Shown in pieces: positions 1 through 7,641 of a DNA stretch of 58,737 nt. Within the stretch, counting starts at the first letter, position 1; every line of letters begins with the position of its first letter. The notes below the pieces were generated by a model that was not told the origin of the DNA, ran no database searches, and worked only from the letters and a program-made list of their open reading frames with translations. Where the stretch lies: the IMG/VR virus record IMGVR_UViG_3300030107_004408, positions 1 through 58,737 of that record; one strand, written 5' to 3'. The stretch comes from a virus (lineage: Duplodnaviria; Caudoviricetes). A program made the translations under genes and the position numbers.

Positions 1-98
1 GCTGGACTCGTGGGTGGTCAGTACTTAAGCGTCTACTGGATAACGGACGTGGTGACTACGCTTCGCTAGTTGCTCCCAAGCTTGCGCAGAACATGCCT
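1..98. repeat. Terminal direct overlap with 58639-58736 (circular contig)
   Basis: The 98 nt are identical at both ends and the reading frame continues across the join. Confidence 0.95.
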
Positions 99-173
99 CC
101 CAAGGCTAAGCTTCCTGCTGCTGCAGCTAGCTTCGTTCCTCTGCTTCAGGACGCTGGGCTTCTTAGCAACTGA
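1..173 (+). CDS. C-terminal end of the MoxR-like AAA+ ATPase that starts at 57645
   Basis: Frame of tgg at 3-5 reads WTRGWSVLKRLLDNG...LLQDAGLLSN, TGA 171-173; in frame with ATG 57645 through the overlap. Confidence 0.85.
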   Translation, partial: WTRGWSVLKRLLDNGRGDYASLVAPKLAQNMPPKAKLPAAAASFVPLLQDAGLLSN

Positions 174-186
174 TACATAACTAGGT

Positions 187-252
187 CACACCGGCTTACG
201 TCGGTGTGCCTTATGGTACGTGTCAGTACCACACAACAACGGAGATAACATG
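187..252 (+). promoter_or_regulatory. Two-hairpin + CAA-repeat + SD leader element, copy 1
   Basis: CACACCGGC-ttac-GTCGGTGTG; TGGTAC-gtgtca-GTACCA; cacaacaacGGAGataacATG. Confidence 0.7.
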
Positions 253-1260
253 ACTTTAGAAAACATTCTTAAGGATGTGCCCAAGAAGGATTGGGTGTAT
301 CACTTGGGGCATGATGGTCCAAGGGAAGCTTTCAATGGCCATCCCGGTCGCTTTCCTTGCGCGCCTACTTCGACGTGCTTCAAGCCTGTCACAGTTAAGG
401 TTAACTGCCAACGCGCTAGGCATACGATTACTGTTTATCCTAGTGGTAAGATCGAGCTGCATGATCACAGTCGTAAGACTCGCAAGCAGGACGAATCGTT
501 TGTGTTCTTTGGCGGTAGATGTAGATGCTCTGAGATAAGAGACTCTTGGCATGAGCTTATGCGTAACCCTGACTCTAGTTCTTATAAGGCCTTACCTACT
601 AAGCTTGTGCAGTTTGCCCGTGCCCGTAGGGATTTGGTCAAGCGTCGGCGTACCTACCAGCGTAGATGTAGCCAGATCTCTATGCGCATAGCTACTCAGG
701 GTTGTGAGCCTTTGCAAAACAGGCTTACTATTTTCTCGTCTAAGCATTACTCGGCAGCGCTTACTCGTTGTACTACTAAGGAGTTGCGTCAGAGTTACAT
801 GGTTAGAAGCCCTGCTTGGCGTAAGAAGATGCATGCCTATCGTACTGCTCGCTGGCGTAAGTCTTCGCGGAAGCTTGGCTTAGACGAAGCTTGGCTAAAG
901 CTACCTGATGACTGGTTCGGTAGTAATGTTTGGCGTAGCGAGCATGGTGCAGTTCACGCTGTGCCTAAGGCTGTCCCCTGCTTTGTGGAGTACGCCCACT
1001 ACGTTGAAGATTCGGACGAAGTACCAGTAGTACTGCACTGTTTCGGTTGGGACGCTTTGAGCACTAAGCGCCAGGACTTTAGTCCTTGGAGCATGGAGCC
1101 ACGCAGCCTTACCGGATGGGCCTACAGGGGCGAGCTTGGCCGTTGGTTAGTTAAGATTAACCCCTATGAACTGGACGCTATTGAGAAGTTAGGCCTTAGC
1201 GCTTTCGCATCTGAGCAACACCTGCTCTGGTACATGCGCCGCTTAGGTCGATCTAAGTGA
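250..1260 (+). CDS. Hypothetical early protein (basic, Cys/His-rich N-terminus)
   Basis: Long ORF; start moved to ATG 250 behind the conserved GGAG leader. Confidence 0.75.
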   Translation: MTLENILKDVPKKDWVYHLGHDGPREAFNGHPGRFPCAPTSTCFKPVTVKVNCQRARHTITVYPSGKIELHDHSRKTRKQDESFVFFGGRCRCSEIRDSWHELMRNPDSSSYKALPTKLVQFARARRDLVKRRRTYQRRCSQISMRIATQGCEPLQNRLTIFSSKHYSAALTRCTTKELRQSYMVRSPAWRKKMHAYRTARWRKSSRKLGLDEAWLKLPDDWFGSNVWRSEHGAVHAVPKAVPCFVEYAHYVEDSDEVPVVLHCFGWDALSTKRQDFSPWSMEPRSLTGWAYRGELGRWLVKINPYELDAIEKLGLSAFASEQHLLWYMRRLGRSK

Positions 1261-1268
1261 TAACCTCG

Positions 1269-1338
1269 AACGCATGCCTTAACGGGCATGCGTTACTGGA
1301 TGTTACTTATGGCATCATTGACAACGGAGATAACAATG
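1269..1338 (+). promoter_or_regulatory. Two-hairpin leader element, copy 2
   Basis: AACGCATGCC-ttaacg-GGCATGCGTT; GATGTTA-ctta-TGGCATC; acaacGGAGataacaATG. Confidence 0.75.
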
Positions 1339-2616
1339 TCTAAACAACTAGTAGCAGCAAGGCTGGCATCGTTCCATCGATTCCCGTACTTCTCTACTGT
1401 TATTAGCAGCATGGCTCTTACCGAGTCTACTGCTTGCCCTACTATGGGTATCGATGAGCGCTGTCGGTTGTACTACAACCCAAAGTTCATTGCTCCCCTT
1501 AGCCTGGACAATCTAGTAGGCCTACTCGTACACGAGTCATTGCACATCTACCTTAGGCATGCCCAACGGTGTAAGGCTATCGGTGCTGATCATAAGCTGT
1601 GGAACATTGCCGCAGACTTAGAGATCAATGACGATCCTGACCTAGTAGGCATACTGCCCGATGGTGGTGTGCATCCAGATACATTCGGTTTCCCTACTGG
1701 CCTAACGGCTGAGCAGTACTACCGAATGCTGTTGGATAACGCTAAGGAACAGCCCCCGCCACAGCCCGGTAGCGATTCTGATGATAGTGGCGACGGCGAT
1801 AGCAGTAGTAGCGATAGCGCTGATGATGGTAGTTCTGGTGACGGTAATAACGACACCGAATCTAACCAACCGCAAGTAGGCTCCGGCCGCTGTGGTTCTG
1901 GTGCTACGGGTGAGCCCGAAGGGTACGAGGCTCCTGCTGACTCTGAAGATAACCCAGGTTTAGATCCCACAGAGACTGAGCTTATTCGTAATAAGCAAGC
2001 GCAGGAAATCCTGTCTAGTCCTAACCAGGGTTCTATTCCGGGTAACATTCGTAGGTATAGCGCTGAGCTTACTGCCCCACCTCGTGTGTCGGTAGATGAG
2101 CTGTTTAAGCAAGCGGTGCGTAAGGCTTGGGCTTCTGCCCGTGGCTGTACTGACTTTACTTATCGGCGTAGATCTAGGCGTGACTTGGGTAACGGTATCA
2201 TCATGCCTGGCATGCATGAGCCTTTGCCCAATGTGTCTATTATTATAGATACGTCCGGTAGCATGGGTACTGCTGACATCGATACGGGTACGCACTTGAT
2301 TAAGCGTATCCTTCAGAAGTCCTTTCAGTTGGAGCCTACCGTTCTAGTCTGCGATGCTTCAGTGCACGGTATCCAAAAGATTACCGACACTAAGCAGATC
2401 AAGCTTAGGGGCGGCGGTGGTACTGATATGCGTGTGGGTATTGATGCAGCTATGAAAGCTAAGCCAAGCCCAGATGTCCTTATCGTTATTACCGATGGCT
2501 ACACCCCATGGCCCAAGCGTCCTATTCGTGGCGTTAAGCCTGTGGTCTACCTCGTTGGCAGCTATACGACTAGGCGCGGTATACCTGATTGGATGCAGGT
2601 TATCGAAGCCGCTTAA
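1336..2616 (+). CDS. Putative HEXXH metallopeptidase + VWA domain protein (DUF2201-like)
   Basis: HESLH, WNIAADLEIND, acidic Ser/Asp linker, MIDAS motif DTSGS, GGGGTDM, ITDG. Confidence 0.85.
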   Translation: MSKQLVAARLASFHRFPYFSTVISSMALTESTACPTMGIDERCRLYYNPKFIAPLSLDNLVGLLVHESLHIYLRHAQRCKAIGADHKLWNIAADLEINDDPDLVGILPDGGVHPDTFGFPTGLTAEQYYRMLLDNAKEQPPPQPGSDSDDSGDGDSSSSDSADDGSSGDGNNDTESNQPQVGSGRCGSGATGEPEGYEAPADSEDNPGLDPTETELIRNKQAQEILSSPNQGSIPGNIRRYSAELTAPPRVSVDELFKQAVRKAWASARGCTDFTYRRRSRRDLGNGIIMPGMHEPLPNVSIIIDTSGSMGTADIDTGTHLIKRILQKSFQLEPTVLVCDASVHGIQKITDTKQIKLRGGGGTDMRVGIDAAMKAKPSPDVLIVITDGYTPWPKRPIRGVKPVVYLVGSYTTRRGIPDWMQVIEAA

Positions 2617-2624
2617 GCGTCCTT

Positions 2625-2700
2625 TAGGCTTACCACCTTAACGGGTGGTAGGTCTATGGATGCGCTTATGCATCACTAGACAACAACGGAGATAACAATG
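2625..2700 (+). promoter_or_regulatory. Two-hairpin leader element, copy 3
   Basis: TAGGCTTACCACC-ttaacg-GGTGGTAGGTCTA; GATGC-gcttat-GCATC; acaacaacGGAGataacaATG. Confidence 0.75.
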
Positions 2701-3567
2701 TCTAAAACTGAAATCCCTATTAGTGGTAACCTTGTCGGCTGGACTCTTAGCAACAACACTGACCGGACTAAGATTGAGGAGGCTTGGATTGCTGCTGGCT
2801 ACGGTAGGTTCGTACCTACAGCTAACAGTGAGAAGAGCGCTTTGCATGCTGCCCTTAAGCGTGTGTGGGGTGGTCCTCGCTGTCTGGTTAGGCCAGTTAG
2901 TGGTTCCACCTATGCGGTAGTGGCAGAGAAAGCCGGCGATGACTCGCTAGAGCATGATGTGTCCTTTATCGCTAAGGTACCTGACTCCGATAGCGTTATG
3001 ATCCGCTTCTATGATGAGCACAAGATCAGGGTGATCCCACCTAGAGCAGCGGAAGTACAAGCCGCCTTTATGGCAGAGCTTGATAAGCTGCCGTCTCCTA
3101 GGATGGCGCGTTCTCTTGTCAGTGTACTGGATAGCATGCACGCTATCCCGTTTAAGGCTGGCAGAGGTAATGGTGGTGTCTACTACCTACCTCAGGAGCA
3201 TTACGCTAAGTGGACTGAGCTTATGGACGCAGTGATTGCTGCTGACCCTGGTGGTACTAACTCTCACCATGAGATGGCTATCGCCATGAACGCTAAGACC
3301 TGCTCCACAGTGCTTGAGTCCGTTACGGCCACACTGCTTAAGGAGACTGAGGATATGTCTACTGATATTGCCGGTGACGGTAGTAATGGTGAGCTAGGTA
3401 AGCGTGCGCTTAAGTCTAAGCAGTCACGAGCTGATCACCTTCGTCAGCGTGTTAAGCGTTATGAAAGCTTGCTTAACACAAACCTCAGTGCCCTTAGTGC
3501 TCGCATTGAAGATGTGGACAGTGCCGCTGCCATGGCTACGCTGTCGCTGTTAGCTGCAGCCAAGTAG
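2698..3567 (+). CDS. DUF3150/DUF6744-like protein
   Basis: GNLVGWTL N-terminus, GGVYYLP motif, coiled-coil C-terminus; adjacent to AAA/VWA genes. Confidence 0.55.
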   Translation: MSKTEIPISGNLVGWTLSNNTDRTKIEEAWIAAGYGRFVPTANSEKSALHAALKRVWGGPRCLVRPVSGSTYAVVAEKAGDDSLEHDVSFIAKVPDSDSVMIRFYDEHKIRVIPPRAAEVQAAFMAELDKLPSPRMARSLVSVLDSMHAIPFKAGRGNGGVYYLPQEHYAKWTELMDAVIAADPGGTNSHHEMAIAMNAKTCSTVLESVTATLLKETEDMSTDIAGDGSNGELGKRALKSKQSRADHLRQRVKRYESLLNTNLSALSARIEDVDSAAAMATLSLLAAAK

Positions 3568-3581
3568 AGATAAACACCCCT

Positions 3582-3617
3582 AACCCCCGTTAGCTTAGCT
3601 GGCGGGGGTTTTCTTTT
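3582..3617 (+). terminator. Rho-independent terminator ending the early module
   Basis: AACCCCCGTTAG-cttag-CTGGCGGGGGTT followed by TTCTTTT. Confidence 0.85.
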
Positions 3618-3619
3618 GC

Positions 3620-4073
3620 CTTAAAATATTCAGAGCCTAAATGCCTAAGCTTAGCGCGTTAAATATGTTTCGCCGTAGGATAACGATATGCGTTTAACAT
3701 ATATTAAGGTTAAGGAATTTCGACTAAGGTTGTAGAAAAATAGATTTCTGGGACGCGTTCGATCAGCGGTTACGCCGATTTGCGCATTATATGGCAATAA
3801 TGTACTAATAACCTTATTCACCCTACGATTAGTCATTAGCCACCTGATGATAGTGACGGTTAAACCTATGTTTTCGTCGATGCAACATCATATGGGTTTT
3901 CTTGGCCGGTGTATCCTCTGAATAAAAAAAGAATAACCACGGGGGGGTGGTTGGTGGTAGGCGGGGCTGTGCAGTATATGGACCCACTGACTAGCAAGGT
4001 CGTTTGACGGGAATCAAACCTGCTCTTGTGTCGGTTGAACCTGCATTATCGTTAAATAGTTTAATACCCTGAA
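3620..4073. promoter_or_regulatory. AT-rich control region (promoters/operators, possible origin)
   Basis: Non-coding and AT-rich; shares motifs with 55970-56178; lies upstream of the replication genes. Confidence 0.5.
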
Positions 4074-4493
4074 ATGGCTGACGAGGTTGCTAGTACACCT
4101 ATGACAAGTCGTGACAGGACAAATCAGTGGCAATTGATACAATTAGCCATGGACAAAAATCAGCTAAACTCCCTGCTTCTTGTACTCTCAGACACTCTCG
4201 GCTGCTCAAAGTCGGAGGCATTGAAGTTCTCCCTTGAGTTCACGTTAAGTAAACTTGAAGCTGGTGCAGCCGAGGGGCTCACGTCTGTTCCTATCCTTGA
4301 CGCAGCCAGCAAGCTGGTGCTCGCCCAAGGGGGGTTCACAATGGACGAGCTACTCGACTACCTGTCTGAACGTATGCCCATCTTCGCACCGCATAAGACA
4401 AAAATATTCGCAGCCCGAGTGCTGAACGCATCGGGCTACGAAAGGAAGCAGTGCCGCAGGGGCAAAGAGAGGCCCCTACTATGGCAACGCTAG
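4074..4493 (+). CDS. Putative DNA-binding protein (RHH-like N-terminus, winged-helix-like C-terminus)
   Basis: IQLAMD...LSDTLGCSKSEALK pattern; C-terminal RVLNASGYERKQ...LW. Confidence 0.5.
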   Translation: MADEVASTPMTSRDRTNQWQLIQLAMDKNQLNSLLLVLSDTLGCSKSEALKFSLEFTLSKLEAGAAEGLTSVPILDAASKLVLAQGGFTMDELLDYLSERMPIFAPHKTKIFAARVLNASGYERKQCRRGKERPLLWQR

Positions 4494-4495
4494 TA

Positions 4496-5332
4496 TCAAC
4501 TGTCGGCGTAAGTGATTCCGTTGGAACTACCTGCTTTGGCAAAGCCGGTGACTGCCCACTGGGTGCTGCTGATGCAGGTTACTTCTACGAAGTCCCCAGC
4601 AACGGTGTCAGATCCAAACTTGATGATGTCGTTGCTATTGTTATCGGAAGCGGCACCATCATCGGAGTCGCTGGCTGCATGGCCACCTACGAAGAAGACG
4701 CTGCCATCTGTAGTGGCAGTCTTCACTTGGCAAATGGCAGTAGAGTAGGCACCAGTCTGGACGATCTTGAACGTCAGCCCAACTGCTGGCGCGGGGAGAG
4801 TAACGATGGCAGCGTTGGGAGCCATCAGTACAGTCTTACCACTGTCGGCAGCAGTCAACGTTGTCGTAGCACTCGTAGCCGCAGCCACGGTGGTGGCATT
4901 AGCGTGCGAACGCTGGGCCACACTGGCAGGAGCCAGAAGCACAGCACCAGTGGAAGCATGGTCAGACAAGACTGTACCGACAATGACGGGCGCAGTACCA
5001 GCGGTAGCACTCCAGCTACCAGCAGTGTCGGAAAGATACACAGGGCCGCCCGCTCCCTCAGAGGCAGAAGAGTCAACGGAAGTGATCAGCTTGTGGCTAA
5101 CTACCCGTACAGATGCTCCGGTTGCAGCAGCGTGGTCAGCTACGCCCATGACTCCTACATCATAGAGATCGACGTTGGCATCTGCCTTGCGGAACTTGAC
5201 TCGGTTCCCGTCATAGCCCGAGGCGATGACGATATCGTTTGCGGAAACTGCGCCGTCTGCGATTGCATTAAAAGATCCGTGGTAGCCTGTTCCATGCTGT
5301 GGTTCCAGGTACTTTGCTTTGATATGTGGCAT
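4496..5332 (-). CDS. Structural-type protein (decoration/head-fibre-like), paralogue of 21198-21602
   Basis: AAGGAG SD before ATG 5332; Ala/Gly/Ser/Thr-rich; cement-like N-domain. Confidence 0.65.
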   Translation of the reverse strand: MPHIKAKYLEPQHGTGYHGSFNAIADGAVSANDIVIASGYDGNRVKFRKADANVDLYDVGVMGVADHAAATGASVRVVSHKLITSVDSSASEGAGGPVYLSDTAGSWSATAGTAPVIVGTVLSDHASTGAVLLAPASVAQRSHANATTVAAATSATTTLTAADSGKTVLMAPNAAIVTLPAPAVGLTFKIVQTGAYSTAICQVKTATTDGSVFFVGGHAASDSDDGAASDNNSNDIIKFGSDTVAGDFVEVTCISSTQWAVTGFAKAGSSNGITYADS

Positions 5333-5442
5333 CGTGAACTCCTTCACTCTTATGGGATTATGCCCGCCCGGTCTGAGCCGGGTATGCCGGGGCAGCCCTA
5401 TTCTATTCCCCTAACCCTACCCCAGTCAACAACGGAGGCAGC

Positions 5443-7641
5443 ATGAATTTACCTTGGCAACTTAGCTTCTTTAAGGATGGCGTACTCAGCGTTAATCCCA
5501 AAGACACACTCATTCGGGATGTAACTAAAGTCGAGAGGCTATTTTGTAATCCACCCACACGACCAGACAACTTCCCTAAGAAGAAACTACCATGCTGGTC
5601 ACCCACAGTTTACCCTGCTGGGGCATTGCGGGGTAACAAAGCGGTCACAGGAATCACAGCATTAGTCTACGATTATGATAGTGCGGTGCTTACCGCAGAA
5701 GATATGCTGGAGCACTTGGGTGAGACTGGTCTGGAGTTCATCTTCCATACCACCTGGAGCCACTGCCCAGAGAAGGCGCGGTATCGTATTGTTATCTTCC
5801 CCGAGCGTACCCTCACTCCTGATGAGTACCCAGATGCATGGGAGAATGGCCTCGCTATTATTGGCGTGCCCGCAGGTGTGGACAGGCAGTCGAGAAATAT
5901 CTCCCGCCACTATATCTTACCGTGTGAGCGCCCCGGCACTGAGTACATTGGAGAATATTCAACGGGACGGGAAGTGACCGTAAGCGAATTAACAAAAAAG
6001 GTGAGCACAGCTAACAAACCCCTGAGCAACACCGGGCTGACCCTGGAAACCAAACTCCAGTTGCTCGACCACACATGGATTACCATGGGTGAGTTGGTTG
6101 CCCGAGGTGAGGGTAAGCATAAATGTACCTGCCCTTTTGAAGAGGGCGCCTCGATGGGCAGCGCTTTCTTGCGGGTACTAAAGGACGGGCGTGCATTCAT
6201 TCAGTGCACTAGTGATAGTCACAGCCATGAGGGTTCCCAGTTCTGGTTGGCCAAGAAGAAGAAGAGCAAAGGGTTCGCCGCACGCAGTGTTGCAGACCGC
6301 GAGCAGAAGCTGGGTGAAGTCCCAGAGAAGCTGCTTAAGTATGCGGAAAACAATCTGGCATACAATGCACTGCAAGGTATCTTCTATAGATATTCGGATG
6401 GCTCTTGGTGCATTGACATGCCAATGCGTAAAGAGTCCTTGGCCGATCACTTACTTGGGTTGATGCCCAAGGGGTGTGACCGCTCGCATGTCATCGCGCT
6501 GATTGATCACATTCTATCCCGGCAGGTCTACGGGTTTGATTGCGCTGCTACTCGCAATCGAATCATCTTGGACCGGGGTGCGAAGAAACTTAACCTTTAT
6601 GCGTGGCCGGAAATGGAGTCCGAAGCAGGCAAGTGGGGCAGGATCAGTGACATGCTTGATGTACTCTGCGACCACGATGCCCAGGCTCGTGAGTGGTTAC
6701 TTAACTGGAGCGCTGCTCTGGTCCAGTACCCCGAGCGTAGGAGCATGACTGCTGTGTTGGTTCTGTCGCCCCAACAGGGCGTTGGTAAATCTATGTACGG
6801 ACGTATTCTCAGCGAGATGATCGGCCGACGCAACTGTGTTGTTGTCAGTAACCGTGCGCTGCGGGACTCGTTCAACTCTCACTATGTCACCAGTCTCTTG
6901 GTCCTGGCCGATGAGGTCGGTATGGAGCGTAATGCGTCTGACGTTATTGCCGAACTTAAAGCGGCTGTAACTGATGACATGGTTCACTGCTCTACTCCGT
7001 ATGCTGCACGAACCACGGTTACTAACCGCATGTCTTGGTGGCTGACGAGTAATAGACGACGACCGTTCCTCGTGGAACAGGGCGACCGAAGATTTACTGT
7101 ACTCTCTCCCGCGCTGGCAGATGAGCAGTACCGGCAGGCGCTGCGAGATTGTTTCGACAGTGAATCCTCTTCATATTCTGATTCTTTCTACGCAGAGATC
7201 TGCGCATACCGCCATGCGTTGGAAAATACTGTGGTCAACTGGAACCTGATTGCCAGCCCCTACAACTCTACTGCTAAGAAGGAACTGCAAGCGGCTTCCC
7301 GTAGTTCCATTGAAGCTTTCACTGTGGAGCTGCTGGAGTCTGGGCCTGCTGTTGTGCTCACTGATTACCCGCCTTCACCTACCTACATCCGTGTGTCCGA
7401 TAGTATGCTGTCCCGTGCTGTACCGTGTGAAACTATATACGGTGCCTATCGAGAATGGTGTACGCGTAATGGTAGGTCGGACTTCCGTAGTGAGACACTA
7501 CTGCGACTGCAAGTGCGAGACATGGGTAACGCTAAGATTAAGAAGGCACGCATCGGCGGTCGGAAGATTGATGTTTATGTTGGACTACCAGTGCCCAAGG
7601 GTGAGAATGTCGTAGACCTTCCGTCTACTGTGGAGGGCTGA
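5443..7641 (+). CDS. Primase-polymerase (AEP-type) fused to a P-loop helicase (D5/DUF5906-like)
   Basis: YDYD, HTTWSH, RYRIV; Walker A QQGVGKS; Walker B LVLADE; TSN; DRRF. Confidence 0.85.
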   Translation: MNLPWQLSFFKDGVLSVNPKDTLIRDVTKVERLFCNPPTRPDNFPKKKLPCWSPTVYPAGALRGNKAVTGITALVYDYDSAVLTAEDMLEHLGETGLEFIFHTTWSHCPEKARYRIVIFPERTLTPDEYPDAWENGLAIIGVPAGVDRQSRNISRHYILPCERPGTEYIGEYSTGREVTVSELTKKVSTANKPLSNTGLTLETKLQLLDHTWITMGELVARGEGKHKCTCPFEEGASMGSAFLRVLKDGRAFIQCTSDSHSHEGSQFWLAKKKKSKGFAARSVADREQKLGEVPEKLLKYAENNLAYNALQGIFYRYSDGSWCIDMPMRKESLADHLLGLMPKGCDRSHVIALIDHILSRQVYGFDCAATRNRIILDRGAKKLNLYAWPEMESEAGKWGRISDMLDVLCDHDAQAREWLLNWSAALVQYPERRSMTAVLVLSPQQGVGKSMYGRILSEMIGRRNCVVVSNRALRDSFNSHYVTSLLVLADEVGMERNASDVIAELKAAVTDDMVHCSTPYAARTTVTNRMSWWLTSNRRRPFLVEQGDRRFTVLSPALADEQYRQALRDCFDSESSSYSDSFYAEICAYRHALENTVVNWNLIASPYNSTAKKELQAASRSSIEAFTVELLESGPAVVLTDYPPSPTYIRVSDSMLSRAVPCETIYGAYREWCTRNGRSDFRSETLLRLQVRDMGNAKIKKARIGGRKIDVYVGLPVPKGENVVDLPSTVEG

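Noticed and set aside
1-98. Biological terminal repeat
   Set aside because: It lies inside a gene and its length fits an assembler k-mer overlap.
3690-3715. CtrA box (TTAA-N7-TTAA)
   Set aside because: The spacing is 6 nt, in generally AT-rich DNA.
4451-5446. 331-aa + strand ORF
   Set aside because: It is an antisense shadow of the 4496-5332 gene, which has an SD, a paralogue and protein-like composition.
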